Notes under the pieces: model-generated | The model's database searches: none | Seen by the model: the letters and a program-made list of their open reading frames with translations, nothing else | What the model was told of the DNA's origin: nothing | Translations under genes and position numbers: made by a program | From: a virus | Reading direction: 5' to 3' (one strand) | DNA length: 64,000 nucleotides | IMG/VR virus record: IMGVR_UViG_3300046028_008994 | Part shown: positions 39,931 through 49,296 of the stretch, in pieces | How positions within the stretch are numbered: the stretch's first letter is position 1 | Layout of the letters: each line of letters starts with the position of its first letter

Positions 39931-40204
39931 AAGAAAAGAAAAAAAAGACCGAATAAAACAAAGATGGGATGCACTTCAAACCGAGATTGACAATTTATTT
40001 AATTCAATTATGTATGAATCATTTACAGAATGGAAGGGTATTATTGAAATCGAAATCATACAAATCATTAAGAAATATAATGTTGTGGCTTGGTATGGTA
40101 GAGAATTGAAAGTAATTACATCAATACACCCAGTTGATAATGAATACACTTTTGATGTTAGAACAATCAAAGGTAATTGGAGAGTAATGAAAATTATTAA
40201 ATAA
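39923..40204 (+). CDS. hypothetical cassette protein
   Basis: Starts in repeat. Confidence 0.6.
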   Translation: MSKRKEKKDRIKQRWDALQTEIDNLFNSIMYESFTEWKGIIEIEIIQIIKKYNVVAWYGRELKVITSIHPVDNEYTFDVRTIKGNWRVMKIIK

Positions 40205-40223
40205 ATTAAGCTAATAGAAAGTT

Positions 40224-40373
40224 ATGAATGAAATACAATATTTTTTAAAAAAGGCAATAAGTTCTTGTAGAAAAGGTAAATTTTACTACAGACCTTGGAA
40301 ACAATTACTAACTATTATTCTACTACAAATTAAATGTAGGATATTAACAGGAAAAACATTAGACAAACTATGA
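40224..40373 (+). CDS. hypothetical cassette protein (49 aa, not in ORF track)
   Basis: Starts in sixth repeat; stop overlaps thyA start (ATGA). Confidence 0.55.
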   Translation: MNEIQYFLKKAISSCRKGKFYYRPWKQLLTIILLQIKCRILTGKTLDKL

Positions 40374-41539
40374 ACAATCTAGATAAACAATACACAGACC
40401 TACTTCAAGACATTCTTGATAATGGTGTACAAAAAGGAGACCGCACAGGAACTGGAACCATTTCAGTATTCGGTAGACAAATTCGTCATAAAATGAGTGA
40501 TGGTTTTCCATTACTTACAACTAAGAAGATGCCTTTCAAAACAATTGTAACTGAATTGTTATGGTTTTTAAGAGGTGATACAAACATTAAGTTCCTTGTG
40601 AATAATGGTTGTCATATTTGGGATGGTGATGCATATAAAAATTATTTGAATGTGGTTATGTTTGAAAAACCTGACTATCTACACGAAAAACACGGGCATC
40701 TTAATATGAGTGTAAAAAAAGAAGGTGATAACTATCTACCATTTACACAAGAAGAATTTATCAATAAAATTAAAACTGATGATAAATTTAGACATTGGGG
40801 TGAGTTAGGTCCGATTTATGGTAAACAATGGAGGCGTTGGACTAAAAAGAAAATGTGGTTATCAACCGATGGCTCATATGAAAACATTTATGATGAAGCT
40901 GACCAAACGGTTATTGACCAAATAGCTGGATTAATCAACGACCTTAAAACAAATCCAGATTCAAGACGATTGATGGTTAATGCTTGGAATGTAGGTGAAT
41001 TAGATGAAATGGTACTTCCACCTTGTCATTATGGATTTCAACTTTATACAAGAGAGTTGAGTTTTGATGAAAGATGTAAAATACAAATCGATAGATTAGA
41101 TGGGATGTATTCATCAGAAAAAGATTTGTTTATCCATCATTCAATTAATGCGGTAAAACAAATAAAAATGGATAAAAACAATATCCCAACCAGAGCAATC
41201 TCTTTAATGTGGAATCAACGTTCAGTAGATACTGGGTTAGGATTAGGTTTTAATATAGCTAGTTATGGATTGTTATTAGAGATTTTTGCTAAAGAAGTAA
41301 ATATGGTTCCTGATGAGCTTATAGGTAATTTAGGAGATGTACATTTGTATTTGGATCATGTAGAACCTATTAAAGAACAATTAACAAGAGAACCATTCCA
41401 ATTACCTAAACTAAAAATTAAACAACATTCTATTGATGAACCAAGTCCTTTAACAAAACCTCAATATTGGCATCCTGATGATTTTGTAGTTGAAAATTAC
41501 CAATCTCATCCTACTATTAAACTTCCCTTATCAAATTAA
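40370..41539 (+). CDS. thyA: thymidylate synthase with large insertions
   Basis: DRTGTGT, FPLLTTKK, ELLWFL, GPIYGKQWR, DSRR, LPPCH, QRSVD, FNIASY, DVHLY. Confidence 0.97.
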   Translation: MNNLDKQYTDLLQDILDNGVQKGDRTGTGTISVFGRQIRHKMSDGFPLLTTKKMPFKTIVTELLWFLRGDTNIKFLVNNGCHIWDGDAYKNYLNVVMFEKPDYLHEKHGHLNMSVKKEGDNYLPFTQEEFINKIKTDDKFRHWGELGPIYGKQWRRWTKKKMWLSTDGSYENIYDEADQTVIDQIAGLINDLKTNPDSRRLMVNAWNVGELDEMVLPPCHYGFQLYTRELSFDERCKIQIDRLDGMYSSEKDLFIHHSINAVKQIKMDKNNIPTRAISLMWNQRSVDTGLGLGFNIASYGLLLEIFAKEVNMVPDELIGNLGDVHLYLDHVEPIKEQLTREPFQLPKLKIKQHSIDEPSPLTKPQYWHPDDFVVENYQSHPTIKLPLSN

Positions 41540-41592
41540 TGTAGAAAATGTATTTTTCATATATTTATAATCAACGGAATGTTGATAGATTT

Positions 41593-42372
41593 ATGGAAAA
41601 TTATTATTTATATTATCATAAAAACCCACTAACTAAAGAGTTATTTTATATTGGGATAGGAACAAATAAAAGAGCATGGGATTTTACCTCAGGAAGAAAT
41701 CCTCATTATAAAAATTATATTAAAAAACATGGTGAACCTATAGTGGATATAATTAAAGAAAATCTTACTAAAGAAGAAGCATGTTCTATTGAAATGGAAT
41801 ATATAGCTAAATATGGAAGAAAAGGAATAGAACCTAAAGGTATATTACTAAACAAAAGTATTGGAGGAGAGATTATTGCTTTAGGAAATAAATTTACTGA
41901 AGAGCAAAAACAAAAAATAGTTCAAGCTAAAACAGGACAAAAATATAATATACCTGAAGGAAGAGCCCATGGTAGTAAAGGTAAACCTAAACCTGATGGA
42001 TTTATGAGTGATGAAATAAAAGAAAAAATTAGCAAAGGAAATAAAGGAAAAAAACATAGTAAAATTCACAGTAATAAAGGAATACCTATCTCTGAAGATA
42101 CTAAGCAAAAAATAAGTAAGGCTAATTCTAAACCCAAACCAGAAGGTTTTGGAAATACTATTAAACAAAATAGAAACCATAAATTAATAGGAGAAAAAAA
42201 TAGTAAACCTATCATTCAATTAGATACTCAAAATAATATAATTTGTGAATTTAAATCTGTTAAAGAAGCACTTAAATATTTTAAAAAATCAATAAATAAC
42301 TCTTGCATAACAGCTTGCCTAAAAGGAAGACAAAAAACAGCTTTTGAGTATGTTTGGAAATACAAAGAATAA
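41593..42372 (+). CDS. free-standing GIY-YIG homing endonuclease
   Basis: YLYYH...FYIGIG..RA, E...I, LLN; NUMOD3-like repeats; YVWKY tail. Confidence 0.85.
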   Translation: MENYYLYYHKNPLTKELFYIGIGTNKRAWDFTSGRNPHYKNYIKKHGEPIVDIIKENLTKEEACSIEMEYIAKYGRKGIEPKGILLNKSIGGEIIALGNKFTEEQKQKIVQAKTGQKYNIPEGRAHGSKGKPKPDGFMSDEIKEKISKGNKGKKHSKIHSNKGIPISEDTKQKISKANSKPKPEGFGNTIKQNRNHKLIGEKNSKPIIQLDTQNNIICEFKSVKEALKYFKKSINNSCITACLKGRQKTAFEYVWKYKE

Positions 42373-42389
42373 TTCGTATATTAATAACA

Positions 42390-42602
42390 ATGATTAAATT
42401 AAAGTTAATAAATCCCGTAGGTGATATCGTTAAAGATATTGAATTATCAGAATGGACAGATATTGAAAGTTTTAAATCAAGTCATAGATTTATATTAGAG
42501 TCTAGCGATGGTTCAATATTCAATTACTCAGAAAAAGAATGGATGGAATTACCTCCTGATTATCAATCACACCCAACAATTAAAGCACCTTTATCTAATT
42601 AA
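42390..42602 (+). CDS. hypothetical protein ending in a copy of the ThyA C-terminus
   Basis: Ends YQSHPTIKAPLSN vs ThyA YQSHPTIKLPLSN. Confidence 0.65.
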   Translation: MIKLKLINPVGDIVKDIELSEWTDIESFKSSHRFILESSDGSIFNYSEKEWMELPPDYQSHPTIKAPLSN

Positions 42603-42617
42603 TTAATATTTATAATC

Positions 42618-42863
42618 ATGATAAAATTAACTGACATTTTGGATGAAATTAAAACAGATATCAATGAAATAAGCGATGTGAAATATGCTTATTATATGCT
42701 TAAATATGATAATAATGAAAAAACATATATGACTAGTGGTTATCTTAAAGTATTAAGTTTTATAAGTAGTAATAATATAACTGATTACGAATTATATGGT
42801 AGAAAATTTAATCCTAAAAATCGTTCAAATGAATGGGAATTTATTGAAAAAACTAATGTCTAA
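42618..42863 (+). CDS. protein with MIKLTDILDE leader
   Basis: AATATTTATA 3 nt upstream. Confidence 0.65.
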   Translation: MIKLTDILDEIKTDINEISDVKYAYYMLKYDNNEKTYMTSGYLKVLSFISSNNITDYELYGRKFNPKNRSNEWEFIEKTNV

Positions 42864-43362
42864 AATTCTTTACCTGTCAGATAATGAAGATAATACTGTT
42901 GATGAAATTATCAAATCAATCTTAGAAATAAATGAGGAAGATCAAGGAACCGCATCACCACTTCCTATACACTTATATGTTAATTCATATGGTGGTGAAG
43001 TTTATTTGTTTCTCGGTTTAATAGACATTATAAATGCGTCTAAAACGCCAGTTTATACATATGCTTTGGGAGCATCTATGAGTAGTGCTTTATTAGTCGT
43101 ATTAGCAGGTCATAAGCGATTTGCATATAAACATTCAACATTTATGTACCATCAAATTAGTACTGGTGAATGGGGTACAACAAAACATCTAGAAGAAGAT
43201 TTAGTTGAATCAAAACGTTTACAGAAAATAATTGACAATATTATTTTAACTAAGACTAAAATAACTAAACGACAATTAACAAGTATATATAACAATAAAA
43301 AAGATTGGTATATGAATTCTGAAGATGCTTTAAAATATCAAATAATAGATACAATTATTTAA
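42856..43362 (+). CDS. clpP: ClpP-like protease
   Basis: YVNSYGG, ASMSS, FMYHQ, DWYMNSEDAL. Confidence 0.85.
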   Translation: MSKILYLSDNEDNTVDEIIKSILEINEEDQGTASPLPIHLYVNSYGGEVYLFLGLIDIINASKTPVYTYALGASMSSALLVVLAGHKRFAYKHSTFMYHQISTGEWGTTKHLEEDLVESKRLQKIIDNIILTKTKITKRQLTSIYNNKKDWYMNSEDALKYQIIDTII

Positions 43363-43420
43363 AATAAACTTGGATTCCTAAATTCTATTTCGTATGTTGA
43401 CATCATTAAATAAAAATAAT

Positions 43421-43615
43421 ATGTCAGAAAATAGTAGTAGCAGTAGTTTTGGTTTAGGAACAATTTTATTCATTATATTCTTAACCTTAAAATTAGGGGG
43501 TTGGGGTGTAGTAGCAACTTGGTCTTGGTGGTGGATATTTAGTCCGTTGTGGATTCCATTATTAATAGTATTAGGAATTGGTATTGTTGCACTTATTGTA
43601 CATATCTTAAAGTAA
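43421..43615 (+). CDS. membrane protein
   Basis: LKL.G...WSWWWIFSPLWI. Confidence 0.7.
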   Translation: MSENSSSSSFGLGTILFIIFLTLKLGGWGVVATWSWWWIFSPLWIPLLIVLGIGIVALIVHILK

Positions 43616-43634
43616 AATAAAATAAATAAAGGTT

Positions 43635-43934
43635 ATGGAAGTTATAAAAGAAAAATGTCATCACTGCGGTAAAGAAAAAGAAAACTGTTACCATGGATTT
43701 ATAGCAATGACTATCCCTATTCCTGAAGCAGAAGCTTTAATTGACAAATGGAGTAGAAATAATTGGTGGTCTAATTTAGAAAGAACAGATCTTAATGAAG
43801 AAGACTACAAAGAATTAGAAAGTCTTGCTACATATGATCAATTATTAAATACAGTTGGAAGAGGAATCCAATGTAATGAATGTGCAATAAAGGAAGAGGA
43901 ATTATATAAAAAATATTACCCAAAAAATAAATAA
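43635..43934 (+). CDS. hypothetical zinc-binding protein
   Basis: CHHC ... CNEC. Confidence 0.55.
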   Translation: MEVIKEKCHHCGKEKENCYHGFIAMTIPIPEAEALIDKWSRNNWWSNLERTDLNEEDYKELESLATYDQLLNTVGRGIQCNECAIKEEELYKKYYPKNK

Positions 43935-43939
43935 AGGTT

Positions 43940-44524
43940 ATGAGAATTTATAAACAAAATGAAGTAGACATGTCTGTAAAAGACATAACATTTAATTACA
44001 AGGTTAAAAATGTATTAGCAGGATTATTTGTAGCTAGTGTAATGTTAATTGCTTTATCTTCTTTTATTCCAGTTAAACAAAACTTTATAATTAAAACAGT
44101 TGTAGTTCATGATACTATTAAAGAGTTAGTTGTAATGAAACATGGATTAACAGAAATCACAGTAGATCGAAATGCGAATATTCCTACATTCTGTAACAAT
44201 CCAGGAGCGTTAAGACCATCTTCAATTAAAGAGGTAAACAATTTAGCAATTGGTACTATTCAAGCACCATCAGGTGAGTTTTTACATTTTGCTAATGAGG
44301 AACATGGTTATAAAGCTTTGGAAATAGTATTGAAAAAAGTATATTGGAATACTTCAATTAAGGAATGTATTAAAAGGTATGCTCCATCATTTGAAAATGA
44401 TACTGAAGGTTATATTTCTAAAATAGTAAAGAAAATGAATATTAATCCAAACACATTAGTAAAGGATTGTAATATTAAAAAATTAATGAAAACAATAGCG
44501 GAAATAGAAGGATTTAAACAATAA
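43940..44524 (+). CDS. membrane-anchored lysozyme-fold peptidoglycan hydrolase-like protein
   Basis: N-terminal TM; NNPGALR, F...EHGY.AL, RYAPSFENDTEGY, EG. Confidence 0.65.
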   Translation: MRIYKQNEVDMSVKDITFNYKVKNVLAGLFVASVMLIALSSFIPVKQNFIIKTVVVHDTIKELVVMKHGLTEITVDRNANIPTFCNNPGALRPSSIKEVNNLAIGTIQAPSGEFLHFANEEHGYKALEIVLKKVYWNTSIKECIKRYAPSFENDTEGYISKIVKKMNINPNTLVKDCNIKKLMKTIAEIEGFKQ

Positions 44525-45042
44525 TGAAAAAATATATAAACATAATTAAAAACCTAATTAGATGGTTCCCAGTAATAGTAAAAGATAGAGATTATGATGA
44601 TTATTTTATCTTTGAAATACTTAAAACAAAACTCAAACACCAAGCCAAATACATTGGAGATAGAGATTGGCATACTCGAGCTAAAAGAGATGCTGAAATA
44701 ATGATGACTTGTGTTCGTTTGATTGAAAAAACTCAAGATGAATTTTATTCTGGAGATTACATGAATTATCATGAATCAAGATTTAATTGGTTAGATATTG
44801 AAGAAAGACCAGATTGTAAAGAATTAAAAATTGAACATATTTCTGAGGACTATGATTCTTATTTTGCAAAACATAAATCAGCTGTTAAAAGAGTTTTAGC
44901 AGATAAAAAATTACAAATATTTAAATTAAATGGTGATGATAAACAAAGATTAGCAATGAATTTAGGTTATTATAATGAAAAAAGAGCCCAAGATTTATTA
45001 TTTAAGTTAATAAATAGAAATATTAGAGGATGGTGGGATTAG
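44524..45042 (+). CDS. hypothetical phage protein
   Basis: 172 aa; ends RGWWD. Confidence 0.65.
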   Translation: MKKYINIIKNLIRWFPVIVKDRDYDDYFIFEILKTKLKHQAKYIGDRDWHTRAKRDAEIMMTCVRLIEKTQDEFYSGDYMNYHESRFNWLDIEERPDCKELKIEHISEDYDSYFAKHKSAVKRVLADKKLQIFKLNGDDKQRLAMNLGYYNEKRAQDLLFKLINRNIRGWWD

Positions 45043-45094
45043 TTTGGAGATTTAAAAATTCGTTCGTATATTCACAATATAAATAAAAATAAAA

Positions 45095-46432
45095 ATGAAG
45101 TTATCAATTAAAGAAAATAGTACTAATTATGTTTGTACTGTAGTAGAAATTAAAGATTTATTTCCTATTGAAGGAGCAGATAAAATTCAAAGATGTGTAG
45201 TCAATGGAAATGATGTTGTTGTAAGTAAAGATGTAAAATTAGGTGATAAAATGCTTTATTTTGTATCTGGAACTAGATTAAATGAAGATTATTGTAAGTA
45301 CAATAATTTGTTAGATAAAGCAGAATCAAATAATGATACTACTAAAAAAGGATTTATTAGTTATAAACAATTTAGAGTTAAAGCTATTAGATTAAAAGGT
45401 ATTGTTTCTGATGGTATGTTGATGCCTTTAGAAAGTTTAGGTTTTGATGATAATGCTTGGGATAGTGATTTAAAACCAGGAAATGAATTTACAGATATTA
45501 ATGGTATTTCAATTTGTGAAAAATATTTTGTACCTTGTAGAAATTCTAATCCAGGAGGTAAAGCACCAGCTAAAACTCCTAAAATTAGTAGATTAGTTGA
45601 AAATCAATTTTTCTTACATAACGATACAGATAATTTAAGAAAAAATATTCATAAATTAGATGCTAATGACATTATTAGTATTCATTATAAAAAACACGGT
45701 ACATCAGCTGTTTTTGGTAATGTTTTAGTTAAAAAGAATCTAAAATGGTTTGAAAAATTAGCTAAAAAATTAGGTGTGAATATTGTTGATACTCACTATG
45801 ATATTGTTTATTCAAGTAGAAAAGTAGTTAAAAACGAATATTTAAACCCAAATCAAGATGGTGGTTATTATAGTGAAGATATTTGGGGAGTAGTAGTTAA
45901 AGAAATTAGCCATTTAATTCCTAAAAACTGGACTTTGTATGGTGAAATTTTAGGTTATACACCTTCAGGCGCTTACATTCAAGATGGTTTTGATTATGGT
46001 TGCCAAAAAGGAGAACACAAATTTTATGTTTATAAAATATCTGTTGTTAATCCTGATGGTCAAGTTATTTATTTAACTGATAAACAAATCCAAGAATGGT
46101 GTGAAAAAGTAGGTTTATTATTTAAAGATACTTTTATTTATTATGGTAACATAGATAATTTATTTGAAAGTAAAGAATTCCAAGATTGGGATGTTTTAGT
46201 TAGAGAAGAAATAAGAGATTCATGGAAAGAAACATTATTAGATTATTTAGAATTCAAATATAATGAAAAAGATTGTTATATGTGTGTAAATAAAGTTCCT
46301 GAAGAAGGTATTATTTTAAGAATAGAAAAATTAGAACACTACGAGGCTTATAAATTAAAATCTAAAAGATTTATTTTAGGTGAATCTGAAGCTCAGGAAA
46401 AAGGACAAGAAAATTTAGAAGACAATCAATAA
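45095..46432 (+). CDS. RNA ligase (Rnl2/DRB0094-like) with N-terminal OB fold
   Basis: IEGADKI, RVKAIRLKG..S.G, motif I KKHGTS, YGE, EEGIIL, KLKS. Confidence 0.85.
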   Translation: MKLSIKENSTNYVCTVVEIKDLFPIEGADKIQRCVVNGNDVVVSKDVKLGDKMLYFVSGTRLNEDYCKYNNLLDKAESNNDTTKKGFISYKQFRVKAIRLKGIVSDGMLMPLESLGFDDNAWDSDLKPGNEFTDINGISICEKYFVPCRNSNPGGKAPAKTPKISRLVENQFFLHNDTDNLRKNIHKLDANDIISIHYKKHGTSAVFGNVLVKKNLKWFEKLAKKLGVNIVDTHYDIVYSSRKVVKNEYLNPNQDGGYYSEDIWGVVVKEISHLIPKNWTLYGEILGYTPSGAYIQDGFDYGCQKGEHKFYVYKISVVNPDGQVIYLTDKQIQEWCEKVGLLFKDTFIYYGNIDNLFESKEFQDWDVLVREEIRDSWKETLLDYLEFKYNEKDCYMCVNKVPEEGIILRIEKLEHYEAYKLKSKRFILGESEAQEKGQENLEDNQ

Positions 46433-46455
46433 AAAAACAATTAAATAAAATAAAA

Positions 46456-46701
46456 ATGAGAGAAGAATTAAACCCAGAACCAGTTATGGAAAAAATGTCA
46501 GAAGAGTACAAACCATCAAAAGCAGAAGCACTTAGAGAATATGAAATTAGTATTCGTTTTTTAAGTAGAGGATGTGTTGTAAGAGTAGGATGTAAAGAAA
46601 TTGCTTTTGAAGATGTTAATAAAGCAATGTCTCAACTTAATGAGTATGTAACAGGAGATACATATGAAGTTCAAAAACAATGGCGTAAAATTTTAGGTTA
46701 A
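46456..46701 (+). CDS. hypothetical protein
   Basis: VVRVGCKEIAF. Confidence 0.6.
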   Translation: MREELNPEPVMEKMSEEYKPSKAEALREYEISIRFLSRGCVVRVGCKEIAFEDVNKAMSQLNEYVTGDTYEVQKQWRKILG

Positions 46702-46723
46702 TAACTAAAATAATTTTAAAGAT

Positions 46724-46760
46724 AGGCTTGGTTTTCCAAGCCTTCTTTCGTATATTCACA
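46724..46760 (+). promoter_or_regulatory. Terminator hairpin overlapping promoter
   Basis: AGGCTTGG-tttt-CCAAGCCT then TTTCGTATATTCACA. Confidence 0.72.
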
Positions 46761-46762
46761 AT

Positions 46763-47848
46763 ATGAAATTAAGTAAATTATATTCAAGAGCAACAAATGG
46801 TAAAATAAATACCTTTGAAATTGAAGTAGAAGGTAATAAATACCGTACAATAACAGGTTACAAAGATATGAAACTTACAACAAGTGAGTGGACAGTTTGT
46901 GATGCAAAATCATATTGTAGTGCTGAGGAACAAGCATTAAAAGAAGCAACAGCGATTCATCGTAAAAAAATAGAAACAGGTTCATTTGAAGATATTAGCC
47001 AAATTGATAATAAAGTATTTTTTGAACCAATGCTCGCTAAAGACTGGAATAAAGAAAAAAGTAAAGTTAAATTTCCTCTTTTCAGTCAGCCAAAACTCGA
47101 TGGTATTCGTTGTATTGTTAGAGTAGATGGAATGTGGAGCAGAAATGGTAAACAAATCATTTCAGCACCTCATATTTTTGAAATACTAAAACCACTATTT
47201 GAAATTAATCCTGATTTAATATTTGATGGAGAGTTATATGCTGATAAATTTGCAAATGATTTTAATGCTATTTGTTCATTAGTTAAGAAAACTAAACCAA
47301 CAGAAGAAGATTTATTAGAATCAGCTAAAGCAATTCAATATCACATTTATGATTTGCCAAGTTATAATGCTGTGTTTACACAACGTTATAAACATTTACA
47401 TAAAATGCTAACTAATTATCATTCATCTATAGTTGTAGTTACAACAGATCAAATTGATAATATGAATGATGTTGCTGGTTATTATGAAGACTATGTTAAT
47501 GAAGGTTATGAAGGTCAAATGATTCGTTTAGATGGAAATTATGAGAACAAACGTTCTAAGTATTTACTTAAACATAAATCATTTATTGATGAAGAATATA
47601 CAATTTTAGATGTTGTTGAAGGTATTGGTAATAAAACAGGAATGGTTGGTTCATTTGTATTTGAAAGTAAAACAGGTAAACGATTTAATTCATCACCTAA
47701 ATTTAATTGGGAAGAATGTACTAAAATGTGGAATGAAAGAGAAAGTTTAATAGGCAAATCAGCAACAGTTAAGTATTTTAACTTAACACCAGATGGTGTA
47801 CCTCGTTTCCCATATGTAATTAAAATAGCAAGAGAAGATTATGAATAA
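46763..47848 (+). CDS. ATP-dependent DNA ligase
   Basis: PMLA, QPKLDGIR, DGELY, YEGQMIR, LLKHK, PRFP. Confidence 0.95.
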   Translation: MKLSKLYSRATNGKINTFEIEVEGNKYRTITGYKDMKLTTSEWTVCDAKSYCSAEEQALKEATAIHRKKIETGSFEDISQIDNKVFFEPMLAKDWNKEKSKVKFPLFSQPKLDGIRCIVRVDGMWSRNGKQIISAPHIFEILKPLFEINPDLIFDGELYADKFANDFNAICSLVKKTKPTEEDLLESAKAIQYHIYDLPSYNAVFTQRYKHLHKMLTNYHSSIVVVTTDQIDNMNDVAGYYEDYVNEGYEGQMIRLDGNYENKRSKYLLKHKSFIDEEYTILDVVEGIGNKTGMVGSFVFESKTGKRFNSSPKFNWEECTKMWNERESLIGKSATVKYFNLTPDGVPRFPYVIKIAREDYE

Positions 47849-48263
47849 AAAAATATATTTAGACGACATACGTACACCACATGATCCATCATGGGTTGTA
47901 GTAAGAAATTATGATGAATTTGTAAATAAAATCACTGAAATTGGTTTAGAAAATATTGAGCTAATTTCATTAGACCATGATTTAGGTGATTCAGCAATGA
48001 AAGAATGGCATACAAACGTATATCACAACTATACTTTAGATTATAATAACATCACTGAAAAAACAGGAATGGATTGTACTAAATGGTTAGTTGAACAGTG
48101 GTTAAACGGAGCGCCTGTTTGTAAAGTAATGATTCATTCAGCCAATGCTATTGGAAGTGCTAATATGATGGGGTTAATTAATAATTACAAACATATTCAT
48201 AGATCACCACAAGACTGTGTTAGATGGAATATACCACATACAATAGAAACAATAATTGAATAA
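47841..48263 (+). CDS. cyclic-phosphate-processing receiver-domain protein
   Basis: IYLDDIR, ISLDHDLG, TGMDC..WL, HSAN. Confidence 0.8.
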   Translation: MNKKIYLDDIRTPHDPSWVVVRNYDEFVNKITEIGLENIELISLDHDLGDSAMKEWHTNVYHNYTLDYNNITEKTGMDCTKWLVEQWLNGAPVCKVMIHSANAIGSANMMGLINNYKHIHRSPQDCVRWNIPHTIETIIE

Positions 48264-48473
48264 AATGAGTGATCTTAGAGTTAAAGTAAAATATTATGAT
48301 ATTGAAATAGAATATTCAGTACCATTAACAGAACGAGATTATTTAGAAGTTGGCAAAACAACTCAGGCCTCAATAGTTGATTTTGTTAAACAAACTACCG
48401 AATGTGTAGAACAACTTATAATTACTGGAAGAAAAAGTTTGGAGAACTAAAATAAAGATTGTATATTCACAAT

Positions 48474-49133
48474 ATGAAAATAATATTAAAACCAGAACAA
48501 CAATTATTTTTTACTTCAGATACACACTACAGTCATAAAAATATCTGTAGAGCAACTACTGAATGGAAAGATGCTGATGATAAAACTCGTGATTTTAAAT
48601 CATTAAATCATATGAACGATACTATTGTTAACAACATTAATAGAATGGTTGGTGAAGATGATATATTATTTCATCTAGGTGATTGGTCATTTGGTGGGTT
48701 TGAAAAAATACAAGAGTTTAGAGATAGAATTGTTTGTAAAAATATTCACTTGATTTTAGGCAACCATGACGAACATATTGAGCGTAATAAAGACGATATA
48801 AGGTGTTTATTTACATCAGTAAACCACTATATTAATCTAGATATACGTCGACCATCAATAAAAGGTAAAGGACAAATAGACAAATATAGATTTATTTGTA
48901 TGCACTTTCCAATTGCGTCTTGGGATGAAATGAATAATAATGTTATACACTTGCATGGTCATGTACACCTTCCAAAACATCAAAGGATTGGAAACGGAAG
49001 GAGTCTTGATGTAGGTGTAGATGGTAATGGTTTAGAACCAATTTCATTAGATGAAGTAGTATCATTACTCAAAGATCAACCAATAGACAAACTTTGCCTT
49101 CCTCGTGATCATCATGTTAAAAGATTAATTTAA
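48474..49133 (+). CDS. calcineurin-like metallophosphoesterase
   Basis: SDTH, LGD, GNHD, HFP, HGHVH, DVGVD. Confidence 0.9.
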   Translation: MKIILKPEQQLFFTSDTHYSHKNICRATTEWKDADDKTRDFKSLNHMNDTIVNNINRMVGEDDILFHLGDWSFGGFEKIQEFRDRIVCKNIHLILGNHDEHIERNKDDIRCLFTSVNHYINLDIRRPSIKGKGQIDKYRFICMHFPIASWDEMNNNVIHLHGHVHLPKHQRIGNGRSLDVGVDGNGLEPISLDEVVSLLKDQPIDKLCLPRDHHVKRLI

Positions 49134-49296
49134 TGAAAAGTCCAATATTAGATAAAGTTTTTAAGGATATGGAAAAAGATCCTTGGCATGTTAAATTAAA
49201 ACGTTGGTGGAGAGTAACAATATGGATTTGGGTGTGTATAACTCGTTTTATATGGGACTTAGACTATCAACATAACATATTTAAAAAAAGAAAAAA

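Larger units (their letters stand above)
38664..40227 (+). repeat. Six exact copies of AATAGAAAGTTATGA, each containing the next gene's start codon
   Basis: Copies start at 38664, 38883, 39229, 39425, 39912 and 40213; three extend about 35 bp upstream. Confidence 0.9.

Noticed and set aside
38664-40227. CRISPR array interpretation of the 15-bp repeats
   Set aside because: Spacing is 196-487 bp and irregular, the intervals are ORFs, and no cas operon is present.
38368-41539. Diversity-generating retroelement explanation for ThyA-like copies
   Set aside because: No reverse transcriptase in the window, and the differences are whole-segment replacements rather than adenine-specific substitutions.
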